From: Kiloniellaceae bacterium | Lineage (GTDB): Bacteria; Pseudomonadota; Alphaproteobacteria; Kiloniellales; Kiloniellaceae | NCBI GenBank assembly: GCA_050043265.1 | Contig: JBHJIR010000005.1 | Location: 61,202 to 125,201 of the forward strand | Length of the DNA: 64,000 nt | Direction of reading: 5' to 3' | Shown here: positions 33,986-43,539 of the stretch, piece after piece | How positions within the stretch are numbered: position 1 is the stretch's first letter | Layout: the number at the start of each line of letters is the position of its first letter | Position numbers and translations under genes: made by a program | The notes under the pieces: model-generated | What the model was told of the DNA's origin: nothing | Seen by the model: the letters and a program-made list of their open reading frames with translations, nothing else | Database searches by the model: none

Positions 33986-34825
33986 CTAATACCGTCCGCG
34001 CCAGTTGCCCCAGGCAAGTCGCCACACCCGGCCGGGTGCCGGCGCCTGCGCCGCGGGCGCCAGGGGATCGCCGCCGGCACGCCGCAGCTGCTTCAGGTAC
34101 AGATCGGCGAGCCGGGCCGGCAGCAGCGCGGGCAGCGCAGCTTTCGGCACGTCGGCGGCAACGCGCCGGGCGGCGGCCAGATGTTCGGCGGCGGCCCGCA
34201 TCAGAATCCCGCTGACCTTGCGCAGCGCCGGGGACGAGCGCAGCTCGAAGAGCTCCTGCAGATCGAGCCCCGCTTCCTCGCAGAGATCCGCCGGCAGGTA
34301 GCAGCGCTTCTGACGGGCGTGCAGCGGCAACGCGCGCAGCAGCCCGAGATAGGCCCAGGCCGGGCCGAGATGGTCCGCCGCCTGACGGCTGGCGCTGTCC
34401 TCGGCGCCGAGCACCTTCAAGGCCAGGCGCAATAGCAGGGTCGACGTACCCTCGACGTAGACCCGCAAGCTCTCGAAGTCCTCCGGCGGTGCCGGATCGA
34501 GATCGAATTCCCGCGCGTCGACCAGCATTTCCAGCAGGTCGCGCGGCAGATGCTTCTCGGCGATGGTCCCGGCCAGCGGCACCACCACCTCATGCGCGCG
34601 CGGGCGGCCCGCGTAGATGCCGGCCAGGCTCTCGCGCCACCACTGCAGGCGGATCTGTCCCAGCATGGGCTCGCTGACCACCTCGGCCGTCTTCGCCACC
34701 TCTTGGTTGAAGGCGTAGAGCGCGAAGCGCTGTTCGCGCTCGGCCTCCGGCGCGAAGAGGGCGCTGAGGGAGCGGTCGCGGTCGTGCCGCTGCACCAGCG
34801 CACCGCAGGCGGAAATCGCGGTCAT
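33986..34825 (-). CDS. Squalene/phytoene synthase-like protein (NDUFAF6-like)
   Basis: HDRDRSLSALFAP, LYAFNQEVAK, GQIRLQWWRE, LVDAREFD; lacks the DDxxD motifs of catalytic synthases. Confidence 0.85.
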   Translation of the reverse strand: MTAISACGALVQRHDRDRSLSALFAPEAEREQRFALYAFNQEVAKTAEVVSEPMLGQIRLQWWRESLAGIYAGRPRAHEVVVPLAGTIAEKHLPRDLLEMLVDAREFDLDPAPPEDFESLRVYVEGTSTLLLRLALKVLGAEDSASRQAADHLGPAWAYLGLLRALPLHARQKRCYLPADLCEEAGLDLQELFELRSSPALRKVSGILMRAAAEHLAAARRVAADVPKAALPALLPARLADLYLKQLRRAGGDPLAPAAQAPAPGRVWRLAWGNWRGRY

Positions 34826-34870
34826 CGGACGGCCATCCCGCTATAGTGGGTCGGCAACCTTTGGGGAAAA

Positions 34871-35473
34871 GTGCAAATGACTGGAATCCTGACCTCCTTG
34901 CGAAACACGGTCATCGCCGGCTTCGTCCTGGCCGGCGGCCTGCTGCTGCTCTATGTCGCCCTGCAGGGCTACGACGGCACCAGCTTCGGCGCCTTCTTCT
35001 TTCGCTGGCTGCACGTCATCAGCGGCATCATGTGGGTCGGCTTGCTGTACTACTTCAATTTCGTGCAGATGCCCAACATGGCGAAGATTCCGGACGACCA
35101 AAAGCCGGCCATCGCCAAGGTCATCGCGCCGGCCGTTCTATGGTGGTTCCGCTGGGCCGCGGTGGCAACCGTCGTCACCGGGCTGATCGTCGCGTCCTTA
35201 AACGGCTACGCCCACGACGCGCTGGCCCTGGGCCTCACTGACGGCGTGCCCAAGCACACCATGATCGGGATCGGCATGTGGCTCGGCCTCATCATGGCGT
35301 TCAACGTGTGGTTTCTGATCTGGCCGAACCAGAAGCGCGCCCTGGGCATCGTCGAGGCCGACGCGGCGAGCAAGGCCCGCTCGGCCCGCATCGCCATGCT
35401 GGTTTCACGCACCAACACTGTGCTTTCCTTCCCCATGCTGTTCGCCATGGTGTCGGCGCAAAACCTTTTCTGA
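34871..35473 (+). CDS. PuuD/urate-hydroxylase-like membrane protein (short, no cytochrome c domain)
   Basis: RWLHVISGIMWVGLLYYFNFVQ, WWFRWAA, IMAFNVWFLIWPNQKRALG, SRTNTVLSFPMLFAM. Confidence 0.8.
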   Translation: MQMTGILTSLRNTVIAGFVLAGGLLLLYVALQGYDGTSFGAFFFRWLHVISGIMWVGLLYYFNFVQMPNMAKIPDDQKPAIAKVIAPAVLWWFRWAAVATVVTGLIVASLNGYAHDALALGLTDGVPKHTMIGIGMWLGLIMAFNVWFLIWPNQKRALGIVEADAASKARSARIAMLVSRTNTVLSFPMLFAMVSAQNLF

Positions 35474-35763
35474 GGAATCGTATTCCAGGGAGCCTGTACC
35501 GGAACGCCGCCGGGGAAAACGCCTTCTGGGGGATGAAGCCGCCGGGCGAACGCGCTAGACTGGAGCAACAGACTGGCGATTCCGGTCTCTTCTGCGGGCC
35601 AGATCGGCGGAATTCCACAGCTTCACGGCGCCGCAGGCGGATTGAAGCTGGAACTTTTCGCGCTTCTGACTAATTGTCCCTGTAGAAGAAGAGCCGCCGA
35701 ACCGGCCCTCGCGGGGGCCGGCGGTATCGTAATGGACAAGAGAGACATAGAAAGAGAGACGGC

Positions 35764-36348
35764 ATGGCGTTCGAGCTTCCCCCCCTGCCCTATGCGCAAG
35801 ACGCACTGGAGCCGCACTATTCGGCCAACACCCTGAGCTTCCACCACGGCAAGCACCATCAGGCCTATGTGACCAAGCTCAACGAGCTGACCGAGGGCAC
35901 CGACAACGCCGGCAAGTCCCTCGAAGAGATCATCAAGTCCAGCTCCGGCGGCCTGTTCAACCAGGCGGCCCAGGTGTGGAACCACACCTTCTTCTGGAAT
36001 TCCATGAAGCCGGGCGGCGGCGGCAAGCCGTCGGGCGGTCTGGCCGCGGCCATCGACAAGGCCTTCGGCAGCCTCGCCAAATTCAAGGAACAGTTCACGG
36101 CCGCCGGTGTCGGCCAGTTCGGCAGCGGTTGGGTCTGGCTGGTCAAGGAAGGCGGCGATCTGAAGATCGTCTCCACCGGCAATGCCGAGACGCCGATCAC
36201 CAAGGGCCAGACGGCGATCCTGACCTGCGACGTCTGGGAGCACGCCTATTACCTGGACTACCAGAACCGGCGCCCGGACTTCCTGCAGTCTTTCCTCGAC
36301 AACCTGGTGAACTGGGACTTCGCGGCGAAGAACTTCGACGCCGCCTGA
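35764..36348 (+). CDS. sodB: Superoxide dismutase, Fe type
   Basis: HHGKHHQAYV, AAQVWNHTFFW, QFGSGWVWL, DVWEHAYYLDY. Confidence 0.96.
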   Translation: MAFELPPLPYAQDALEPHYSANTLSFHHGKHHQAYVTKLNELTEGTDNAGKSLEEIIKSSSGGLFNQAAQVWNHTFFWNSMKPGGGGKPSGGLAAAIDKAFGSLAKFKEQFTAAGVGQFGSGWVWLVKEGGDLKIVSTGNAETPITKGQTAILTCDVWEHAYYLDYQNRRPDFLQSFLDNLVNWDFAAKNFDAA

Positions 36349-36370
36349 TCCTTCATCGGTGTGAGAAACG

Positions 36371-36410
36371 AAAAGGGGCCCGCCCGCTGATTTCGGGGGG
36401 CCCCTTTTTT
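36371..36410. terminator. Bidirectional intrinsic terminator
   Basis: AAAAGGGGCCC...GGGCCCCTTTTTT between convergent sodB and the Mth938-like gene. Confidence 0.85.
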
Positions 36411-36444
36411 CGTGCGCGCCGCGTGGCTGCCGCCGGGCCGCGTT

Positions 36445-36822
36445 TCAGTCGACGGCGATGAGCGCTGCCGCCACCCGTCGGTCTTCCATGGTCAGTACGT
36501 TGTAGGTGCGGCAGGCCGCGCCGGTATCCATCGGCTCCAGCGCGACACCGCGCGCCTTCGCCGCTTCGCGCAGGTCCGGGTCGATGAAGGCCATCGAAGT
36601 CCCGCAGCCGATCAGCAGCACTTCAATCGGCGGCGTCGCCGCCAGCACCGGCTCCAGGCTGGCGATATCCATGTCGGCGATGGCCGTCAGCGGCCAGGCC
36701 GTGGCCCACTCCGGCGCCACCAGGATGGAACCGCGGAAGCTCTCGCCGGTGACCTTGAAGCCGCCGTCGCCATAACTTTCGATGATCCGGCGTCCCTGGG
36801 GAACGAGCGGTGTGACATCCAT
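36445..36822 (-). CDS. Mth938/DUF498 domain protein (NDUFAF3-like)
   Basis: IESYGDGGF, EVLLIGCG, EPMDTGAACRTYNVL..EDRRVAAAL; follows secF. Confidence 0.92.
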   Translation of the reverse strand: MDVTPLVPQGRRIIESYGDGGFKVTGESFRGSILVAPEWATAWPLTAIADMDIASLEPVLAATPPIEVLLIGCGTSMAFIDPDLREAAKARGVALEPMDTGAACRTYNVLTMEDRRVAAALIAVD

Positions 36823-36850
36823 CTCCGCTCCTTTCGTTCGGGTCGTTAAA

Positions 36851-37807
36851 TCAGGACGAGGCCTTGGCCGTGTCCGCCCCAACGCTTTCGGCATCCTCTT
36901 CGGCGTCGCCCTCGCCGCCACGGCGCAACCCGATGTAGGACAGCAACGGCACGGCAAGGCCGAAGGACGAATAGGTGCCGACCGCCACGCCCCAGATCAG
37001 GCCGGCGGTAAATCCGCGGATCACCTCGCCGCCGAAGAAGAACAGGGCGAAGAGAGCCAGCAGGGTGGTGAACGACGTCAGGATGGTGCGCGACATCGTC
37101 GTATTGATGGCGCGGTTCAACAGATCCAGCAGGGGCAACTTCTTGTAGCGCCGCAGCATCTCGCGCACGCGGTCGAAGACCACCACCGTGTCGTTGATCG
37201 AATAGCCGGCGATGGTCAGCACCGCCGCCAGGGTCGCCAGGTTGAATTCGATCTGGGTCAGCGAATAGAAGCCGATGGTCGCCACCACGTCATGCAGCAG
37301 GGCCACCAGCGCGGCGACGCCGAACTGCCATTCGAAGCGGAACCAGATGTAGATGCCGATGGCCAGCATGGCGAGCATGGTGGCAAGGAAGCCGGCCTCC
37401 TTCAGTTCATCGCCGATCTTGGGGCCGACGAACTCCTGGCGCCGCGATTCCACGCCTTCGCCCAGGGTGTCCATGACCTGCTTGATGACATTCATCTGGC
37501 CCTGTTCGTCACCGTCCGGCCGGCTGATGTTGATCAACACGTCGGTCGGGTCGCCGAACTGCTGCAGGGTCACCTCGCCGATGCCCAGATTGCTCAGGCG
37601 GTTGCGCAGATCGCCCAGATCGGCCGGCGCGGGCGTGCGCACCTCGATCAGGATACCGCCGCGGAAATCGACGCCGAGGTTGAGGCCCTGGGTCAGGAAC
37701 AGGGCCACCGAAGCCACCGTCAACGCCACCGTAAACGCCAGGAAAAGCGCGCGCCGGCCGATGAAGTTGAGGCCGAGGTCGATGGGAAGCTTGCGGATCA
37801 GCGCCAT
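36851..37807 (-). CDS. secF: Protein translocase subunit SecF
   Basis: LNLGVDFRGG, FVGPKIG, YIWFRFEW, GYSINDTVVVFDRVRE. Confidence 0.97.
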   Translation of the reverse strand: MALIRKLPIDLGLNFIGRRALFLAFTVALTVASVALFLTQGLNLGVDFRGGILIEVRTPAPADLGDLRNRLSNLGIGEVTLQQFGDPTDVLINISRPDGDEQGQMNVIKQVMDTLGEGVESRRQEFVGPKIGDELKEAGFLATMLAMLAIGIYIWFRFEWQFGVAALVALLHDVVATIGFYSLTQIEFNLATLAAVLTIAGYSINDTVVVFDRVREMLRRYKKLPLLDLLNRAINTTMSRTILTSFTTLLALFALFFFGGEVIRGFTAGLIWGVAVGTYSSFGLAVPLLSYIGLRRGGEGDAEEDAESVGADTAKASS

Positions 37808-37819
37808 GGTGTCGGAGTC

Positions 37820-39394
37820 CTAAATCGCCAGAGACTGGGGCCGGCGGCGGCGCAGCCAGATCACCACCATCAGGCGGGTCACCATGATGGCGGAGAACAT
37901 GGAGGTCAGAAGGCCGAGGGACAGCGTCACGGCGACGCCCTTGATCGGGCCGGAGCCAAAGTGGAACAGCAGCACGGCGGCGATCAGCGTGGTCAGATTC
38001 GAATCGACGATGGTGGTCATCGCACGGCGATAGCCGGCGTCGACCGCGGTCACCGGTCCGCGCCCGTTACGCATTTCCTCTCGGACACGCTCGAAGATCA
38101 GCACGTTGGCGTCGACCGCCATGCCGATGGTCAGCACGATCCCGGCAATGCCCGGCAGGGTCAGCGTGGCCTGCAGGATGGACAGCGCCGCCATCAACAG
38201 GATCAGGTTGACCATCAGGGCGATACTGGCCATCGCACCCAGCAGGCCGTAGATGGCGATCATGAACACCACCACGAAGACAAGCCCCAGCACCGAGGCG
38301 ATTTCGCCGGCCAGGATCGAATCGGCACCCAGGCCCGGGCCGACCGTGCGCTCTTCAAGATAGGTGACCGGCGCCGGCAGGGCGCCGGCGCGCAACAGCA
38401 ATGCCAGGTCGTTTGCCGATTGCGTCGTGAAGCTGCCGGTAATGATGCCGCGCCCGCCGGTGATCGCCGATTCGATACGGGGGGCCGAGACCACTTTTTC
38501 GTCCAGGATGATCGCGAAAAGGCGCCCGACGTTGTCGCGGGTGGCATCGCCGAAGCGCTTCGCGCCAATAGGATCGAAGGTGAAATTCACCGCCGGCCGG
38601 TTGTTCTGGTCAAAGCCAGCCGAAGCGCTTGTCAGATGGTCGCCGGTCACCATGACCCGCTTGCTGACGACATAGCTGGTCGGCATGCCCGGACGGTCGG
38701 CCTCGGCCGGCAGCACCTCCGACGACGGCGGGATGGAGCCGCTGGGCGAGACGTTTTCGCTCACGAAGCGGAAGGTTAGTACGGCCGGTGTTCCGATCAG
38801 CTCCTTCAGGCGCTGCGGATCGCTGAAGCCCGGGACCTGGATGACGATGCGGTCGTCGCCCTGGCGCTGGATCGCCGCTTCGCGGGTGCCGGTTTCGTCA
38901 ATGCGCCGGCGCATCACCTCGATGGCCTGGTTCATGATTTCGTCGGTGCGGCTGCGCACGGCGGCATCGGTCAGGGTGACCCGGATTTCCCGCTCGCCCG
39001 TCGTCTCGATCTGCAGGCCGGACTGCACCCGGCCGATCGCCGTGCGGGCGGCGCCGACGTCGTCGGCGTTGTCCAGCGTCACGCCGACGCCGTCGCCGAT
39101 GACACCCAGCGCGCCGAAGCGAAGTCCCGCCTCGTTGAGCGCACTGCGGATGCCGTCGGCGAGGGACTGGCTGTCCTTCTCGGCGGCATAGGCCAGATCG
39201 ACCTGGGACAGCAGGTAGACGCCGCCGCGCAGGTCCAGCCCCAGGCTGACCTGCTGATGCGGCAGCAGGCTGCCTTCGTCGGCCATCCGCGTCGCCTGAT
39301 CGCGGCTCAGCAACAGGTTGGGCGCGGCATAGATCACCCCGGCCAGAATGACCAGGGCAATCATAATGATTTGCCAGCGGGGCAGATTAACCAT
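37820..39394 (-). CDS. secD: Protein translocase subunit SecD
   Basis: LGLDLRGG, ERTVGPGLG, TLTLPGIAG, MAVDANVLIFERVREE. Confidence 0.97.
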   Translation of the reverse strand: MVNLPRWQIIMIALVILAGVIYAAPNLLLSRDQATRMADEGSLLPHQQVSLGLDLRGGVYLLSQVDLAYAAEKDSQSLADGIRSALNEAGLRFGALGVIGDGVGVTLDNADDVGAARTAIGRVQSGLQIETTGEREIRVTLTDAAVRSRTDEIMNQAIEVMRRRIDETGTREAAIQRQGDDRIVIQVPGFSDPQRLKELIGTPAVLTFRFVSENVSPSGSIPPSSEVLPAEADRPGMPTSYVVSKRVMVTGDHLTSASAGFDQNNRPAVNFTFDPIGAKRFGDATRDNVGRLFAIILDEKVVSAPRIESAITGGRGIITGSFTTQSANDLALLLRAGALPAPVTYLEERTVGPGLGADSILAGEIASVLGLVFVVVFMIAIYGLLGAMASIALMVNLILLMAALSILQATLTLPGIAGIVLTIGMAVDANVLIFERVREEMRNGRGPVTAVDAGYRRAMTTIVDSNLTTLIAAVLLFHFGSGPIKGVAVTLSLGLLTSMFSAIMVTRLMVVIWLRRRRPQSLAI

Positions 39395-39435
39395 CGGCTA
39401 CGATGCCTTCCAGAACGGACCCGACCCTCAGAGGA

Positions 39436-39864
39436 TCAGGACTTGGAGCCCGGCTTGTTGCCGCCAAAGCCGCCAAGCAGACTGCCGAGCAGGCTCTTGG
39501 GCTTGCCGCCGGCATCGTTCGCCGGGGCTGCCGTCCCGCTTCCGGGCGCCGCCTCGGTGCGGCTCAGCACGTCGGAAATGGTATGACGGACGACCCGCAC
39601 CCGCACACCCTCGGCCTGTTCGACCTGGGCTTCGGTGTCGCTGATGATCTTGGTGACCGTCCCGATCAGGCCGCCGGCGGTGACGATCTTGTCACCGCGC
39701 CGCAGGGCGGAGACCATCTCACGATGCTGCTTGACCTTCTTCTGCTGCGGACGGATCAGCAGGAAGTAGAACACGACGAAAATCAGGATAATCGGCAGGA
39801 AGGTCATGAAGGGATCCCCTCCTCCACCTCCTGCGGCCTGGGCATAGGCCGGCGAAATAAGCAT
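39436..39864 (-). CDS. yajC: Preprotein translocase subunit YajC
   Basis: FYFLLIRPQQKK, LRRGDKIVTAGGLIG. Confidence 0.96.
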   Translation of the reverse strand: MLISPAYAQAAGGGGGDPFMTFLPIILIFVVFYFLLIRPQQKKVKQHREMVSALRRGDKIVTAGGLIGTVTKIISDTEAQVEQAEGVRVRVVRHTISDVLSRTEAAPGSGTAAPANDAGGKPKSLLGSLLGGFGGNKPGSKS

Positions 39865-40036
39865 ACTTGGTCCTCTTCCGAGCAGTCAGAACGGCGGACT
39901 ATAGCGGCACGCACGCGAATTGCAACGCCACGGGAATACCTGGCTTGGGTCATCCCAAAGGATTGACCGGACGCGCGCGCGGCAATAGATTTTGCCGCCG
40001 ATTTCAACCTATTGAGTTACGTTCTTTGGAGCATAG

Positions 40037-40912
40037 ATGAGCAGCCCCGACAGTGACAACCTCCTCCCGGTTCTCCAGCGCATCGCCGCGGCCTTGGAGC
40101 GACTCGCCCCTGTGCCCTCTTCTGCCGCCGCCATGGACGGGGCCGACGCCTTCTTCTGGCACCCCGAACACGACCGGCTGGAGCCGGTTGCCCAAGTAAA
40201 TCGTGTCGATATCGGCCTGTTGCAAGGCATTGGCCGCCAGGCCGAGACGCTTTATCAGAACACCCTGCGCTTTGCCGGTGGATTGCCGGCCAATAACGCC
40301 CTGCTGTGGGGCTCGCGCGGCGCCGGCAAGAGCTCCCTGGTCAAGGCTGTCCACGCCAAGGTGAATGCCGAGCGCAAAGACGGCGAGCGCCTGGCCCTGG
40401 TCGAGATCCACCGGGAAGACATCCCCACCCTGCCCCGCCTGCTCGCCCAGTTGCGCGGCGTCACCCGACCCTGCGTCCTGTTCTGCGACGACCTCAGCTT
40501 CGATGGCGAGGATGCCAGCTATAAGTCGCTGAAGGCGGTGCTGGAGGGCGGGATCGAAGGCCGCCCCCAGAACGTGATTTTCTATGCGACCTCCAACCGG
40601 CGCCACCTGATGCCGCGCGACATGATCGAGAACGAGCGCTCGACCGCCATCCACGCCTCCGAGGCGGTGGAGGAAAAGGTCAGCCTGTCGGACCGCTTCG
40701 GCCTGTGGCTCGGCTTCCACAACTGCGATCAGGACACCTACTTCGCGATGATCGAAGGCTATGCCGAACGCTACGGCCTCGACCTGCCGAAGGCGAAACT
40801 CCGGGCCGAAGCCAAGGAATGGTCGGTCACCCGCGGCGGCCGCTCGGGCCGCGTCGCCTGGCAGTACATCCAGGACCTGGCGGGACGGCTGGGCAAGCGC
40901 CTGGAGGATTGA
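40037..40912 (+). CDS. AAA+ ATPase, DUF815 family
   Basis: NNALLWGSRGAGKSSLVKA, FCDDLSF, YATSNRRHL, SLSDRFGLWLGF, GRSGRVAWQ. Confidence 0.9.
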   Translation: MSSPDSDNLLPVLQRIAAALERLAPVPSSAAAMDGADAFFWHPEHDRLEPVAQVNRVDIGLLQGIGRQAETLYQNTLRFAGGLPANNALLWGSRGAGKSSLVKAVHAKVNAERKDGERLALVEIHREDIPTLPRLLAQLRGVTRPCVLFCDDLSFDGEDASYKSLKAVLEGGIEGRPQNVIFYATSNRRHLMPRDMIENERSTAIHASEAVEEKVSLSDRFGLWLGFHNCDQDTYFAMIEGYAERYGLDLPKAKLRAEAKEWSVTRGGRSGRVAWQYIQDLAGRLGKRLED

Positions 40913-40944
40913 GGGACGCTTTTGGCATTCCTGCCGACCTTTGA

Positions 40945-41045
40945 CCTCGTGCTTCGAGACGCTGCGCTCCTCAGCATGAGGTCAAATGTTCAAAGAAATC
41001 ACCTCATCCTGAGGAGGCGCATCAGCGCCGTCTCGAAGGACGAGG
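40945..41045. repeat. Palindromic intergenic repeat, family B
   Basis: CCTCGTGCTTCGAGACG...CTCCTCAGCATGAGG / CCTCATCCTGAGGAG...CGTCTCGAAGGACGAGG: two inverted arms forming a long hairpin. Confidence 0.8.
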
Positions 41046-41069
41046 CGATTTCCGGCAAACCCTTGCCCC

Positions 41070-41396
41070 CTAAGGCTGCGGCGCCTCGGCGCGTTCGGTA
41101 AGGCCGTAGTCGCGCACCACCGAGGCGACGCGGATGCGGTAGTCGGCGAACAGCTCGTGGCGGCCCCGGCCTTGTGCCACCTGATGTTCGGCATGTTCGC
41201 GCCAGCGGATCACCGCCGCCTCGTCGCGCCAGAACGACAGCGAGAGAACCTTGCCCTCCTCGGTCAGGCTGGCAAAGCGCTCGATGGAGATGAAGCCGTC
41301 GATCTTCGCCAGTTCCGGCTTCAGCGCCGCGGCGATATCGAGATAGGCGTCGCGGCAACCCGGCTTGGGCAGTACCTCAAAGATCACCACGTGCAT
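41070..41396 (-). CDS. Antibiotic biosynthesis monooxygenase (ABM) family protein
   Basis: VIFEV.P, IDGFISIERF, LSLSFWRDE, H..AQ..GR..LF..YRIRVA. Confidence 0.9.
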   Translation of the reverse strand: MHVVIFEVLPKPGCRDAYLDIAAALKPELAKIDGFISIERFASLTEEGKVLSLSFWRDEAAVIRWREHAEHQVAQGRGRHELFADYRIRVASVVRDYGLTERAEAPQP

Positions 41397-41506
41397 GAAG
41401 CCTGCTCCCCAGGGCGTTGTTGCTCGCCGCAGTCTGGCAAAGCCGGGGGCGCCGATCCAGCCGTCTTACTGCGACGCTGGCCGAAATATGCCGGCACCGG
41501 AAAGCG

Positions 41507-42826
41507 TCAGTTGCCGGCCTGGGCGGTGCGCGGCGAGAGCTGGGCTTCCGGGTTCACCGCACGGGCGCCGCGGCGCACCTCGAAGTGCAGTTGCGGCCGA
41601 TCGACATGGCCGCTGCTGCCGACCTTGGCGATGGCCTGGCCGCGCTGCACCGTGTCGCCGGCGCCGACCAGCAGTTCCTCGTTGTGGGCATAGGCGGTGA
41701 CCCAGCCGTCGGCGTGCTTGACCAGCAGCAGCTTGCCGAAGCCCTTCAGTTCGCTACCGGCATAAGCCACCACGCCGTTCTCGGCGGCGCGCACCGGCGT
41801 GCCGCGCGGCGCGGCGATGTTGATGCCGTCGTTGTGTTCGCCGCCGGCCTTGGCGCCGTAGGACGACAGCAGCGGCCCCTGCACCGGCCACAGGAAGGAC
41901 GAGCCGGCGCGGGCCGGCGGGTGGGCCAGCGCCGCCCGCACGGTGTCGCGCGACTTGGCGGCGGGCTGGACCGCCGGTGCCGTTTCCGCAGGGACGCCGT
42001 TCGGGGCAACCGCCTGCGGGGCAGCGGCCTCCGGGACCGTCTGGCCAACCGGCGGCGCCGCCGCGGCGGCCGGCTGCTGGTCGGCGGCCGTGTAGGCGAC
42101 GTCCGTCACAACCGGTTCGGCCCGCACGGCGGAACCCGGCGTCGGCAGCAGCAGCTTCTGGCCCAGCGGAATTGTGTAGGGCGGCTGGATGTCGTTGAGA
42201 CGCACCAACTCGCTGCGGTCGACATCGTAGCGCTGGGAGATGTTGTAGACGGTGTCGCCGGCAACCACTTCGTGAACCGGCGCGCGGGGAACCGACAGCG
42301 ATTGGCCGATGCTCAAGGCGTAGGGCGGCTGCAGGTCGTTGGCGTCGATGACGGCGCGCACCGGCAGGCCGAAACGCCGGGCGATGCCGTAGAGGCTGTC
42401 GCCCTTGGCCACCACGTAGCGGCCGCCTGCGGGCCCCGCGGGCTGTGCGATAGCCGCCGGCTGTGCGACAGCGGCGGGCTGTGCGTCGTCGACAGGCTGA
42501 GCGGCAACCATCGGCGGGGTGGCGGGCGGTTGCACGGCGGCCTGCTGGGGCGGCGCAGTCTGCGGCGCCAGTTCCTGAACTTCCACGGCCTCCGGCAGCG
42601 GCGCGCTGGAAACCCCGGTCGAGGTGACAATGGCCGGATCGCGCCAGGCCGCCAGATCGGCCGGCGGCTGCGGCTTGCGCAGCGGCAGCGGCGGCGGGTC
42701 CTTCGGCGTAACGAAGCCGACCGGGCGATAGGTCGGCGCGCCCAGGCAGCCGGCCAGCACCACCGCCGAGGCCAGCAGCGCCACGGGCGCCGCCCAAAGA
42801 CGACCCGTCCTCTGCCCGCGGGTCAT
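41507..42826 (-). CDS. LysM x2 plus M23 peptidase-domain lipoprotein (NlpD/DipM-like)
   Basis: Lipobox LAGC, YVVAKGDSLYGIA and HEVVAGDTVYNIS LysM repeats, NDGINI (degenerate HxxxD), YAHN, LHFEVR. Confidence 0.92.
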   Translation of the reverse strand: MTRGQRTGRLWAAPVALLASAVVLAGCLGAPTYRPVGFVTPKDPPPLPLRKPQPPADLAAWRDPAIVTSTGVSSAPLPEAVEVQELAPQTAPPQQAAVQPPATPPMVAAQPVDDAQPAAVAQPAAIAQPAGPAGGRYVVAKGDSLYGIARRFGLPVRAVIDANDLQPPYALSIGQSLSVPRAPVHEVVAGDTVYNISQRYDVDRSELVRLNDIQPPYTIPLGQKLLLPTPGSAVRAEPVVTDVAYTAADQQPAAAAAPPVGQTVPEAAAPQAVAPNGVPAETAPAVQPAAKSRDTVRAALAHPPARAGSSFLWPVQGPLLSSYGAKAGGEHNDGINIAAPRGTPVRAAENGVVAYAGSELKGFGKLLLVKHADGWVTAYAHNEELLVGAGDTVQRGQAIAKVGSSGHVDRPQLHFEVRRGARAVNPEAQLSPRTAQAGN

Positions 42827-43539
42827 GCCACATCTCCACGGCGCTGGATCAGGCCCGCGGCCTCGCCCCGCAGTTTTTCGCCCCGCAGTGTCTCGCTGAC
42901 AACGCTTTCGCCGGGAATGCCGGAAACCAGCGGCACGAAACGCACGTCGCAGAGGTGCTCCTCGGCAATGCCCTCAGCGGTGCGGGTCAGCCGCAACAAT
43001 GCCTGGTCGCGCGAACTCCGGCCGACCGGCAGCACCATCAGGCCGCCCTCGGCAAGCTGGTCGACCAGGGCGCCGGGGATACTCGTGGCCGCCGCCGTCA
43101 CGATGATGCGGTCGAAGGGCGCCTGCTCGCGCCAGCCCTTCCAGCCGTCGCCGTGGCGGGCGGTGATGTTGTGCAGGCGCAACTGGGCAAAGCGCGCCTC
43201 GGCGGTCTGCAGCAGTTCCTTGAAGCGTTCGATGGTGTAGACACGGCGGCAGAGACGCGACAGTACCGCCGCCTGGTAGCCGGAGCCGGTGCCGATCTCC
43301 AGCACCTTGGTGCGCCGGCTGGCGCGCAGCGCCTGTGTCATCAGGGCGACCACCTGCGGCTGGCTCAGCGTCTGGCCCTGGCCGATGGGAATGGCCATGT
43401 TCTCGTAGGCCTGATGCCGGAAGCTTTCCGGCGTGAAGACGTCGCGCGGAATGCGCTCGATGGCGGAAAGGACCTCGGTATCCGCGATCCCCGCCCGGCG
43501 CAATTCCATGATCAAACGGATCTTGCGCGACGCCACCAT
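42823..43539 (-). CDS. pcm: Protein-L-isoaspartate O-methyltransferase
   Basis: ATG at 43539 overlapping the surE stop; GQTLSQP, VLEIGTGSGYQAA, APFDRIIVTAA. Confidence 0.95.
   Translation of the reverse strand: MVASRKIRLIMELRRAGIADTEVLSAIERIPRDVFTPESFRHQAYENMAIPIGQGQTLSQPQVVALMTQALRASRRTKVLEIGTGSGYQAAVLSRLCRRVYTIERFKELLQTAEARFAQLRLHNITARHGDGWKGWREQAPFDRIIVTAAATSIPGALVDQLAEGGLMVLPVGRSSRDQALLRLTRTAEGIAEEHLCDVRFVPLVSGIPGESVVSETLRGEKLRGEAAGLIQRRGDVA

Noticed and set aside
39905-39925. sigma-54-like GGCACG...TTGCA upstream of the DUF815 ATPase
   Set aside because: GG-to-GC spacing is 14 nt, not the required 10.
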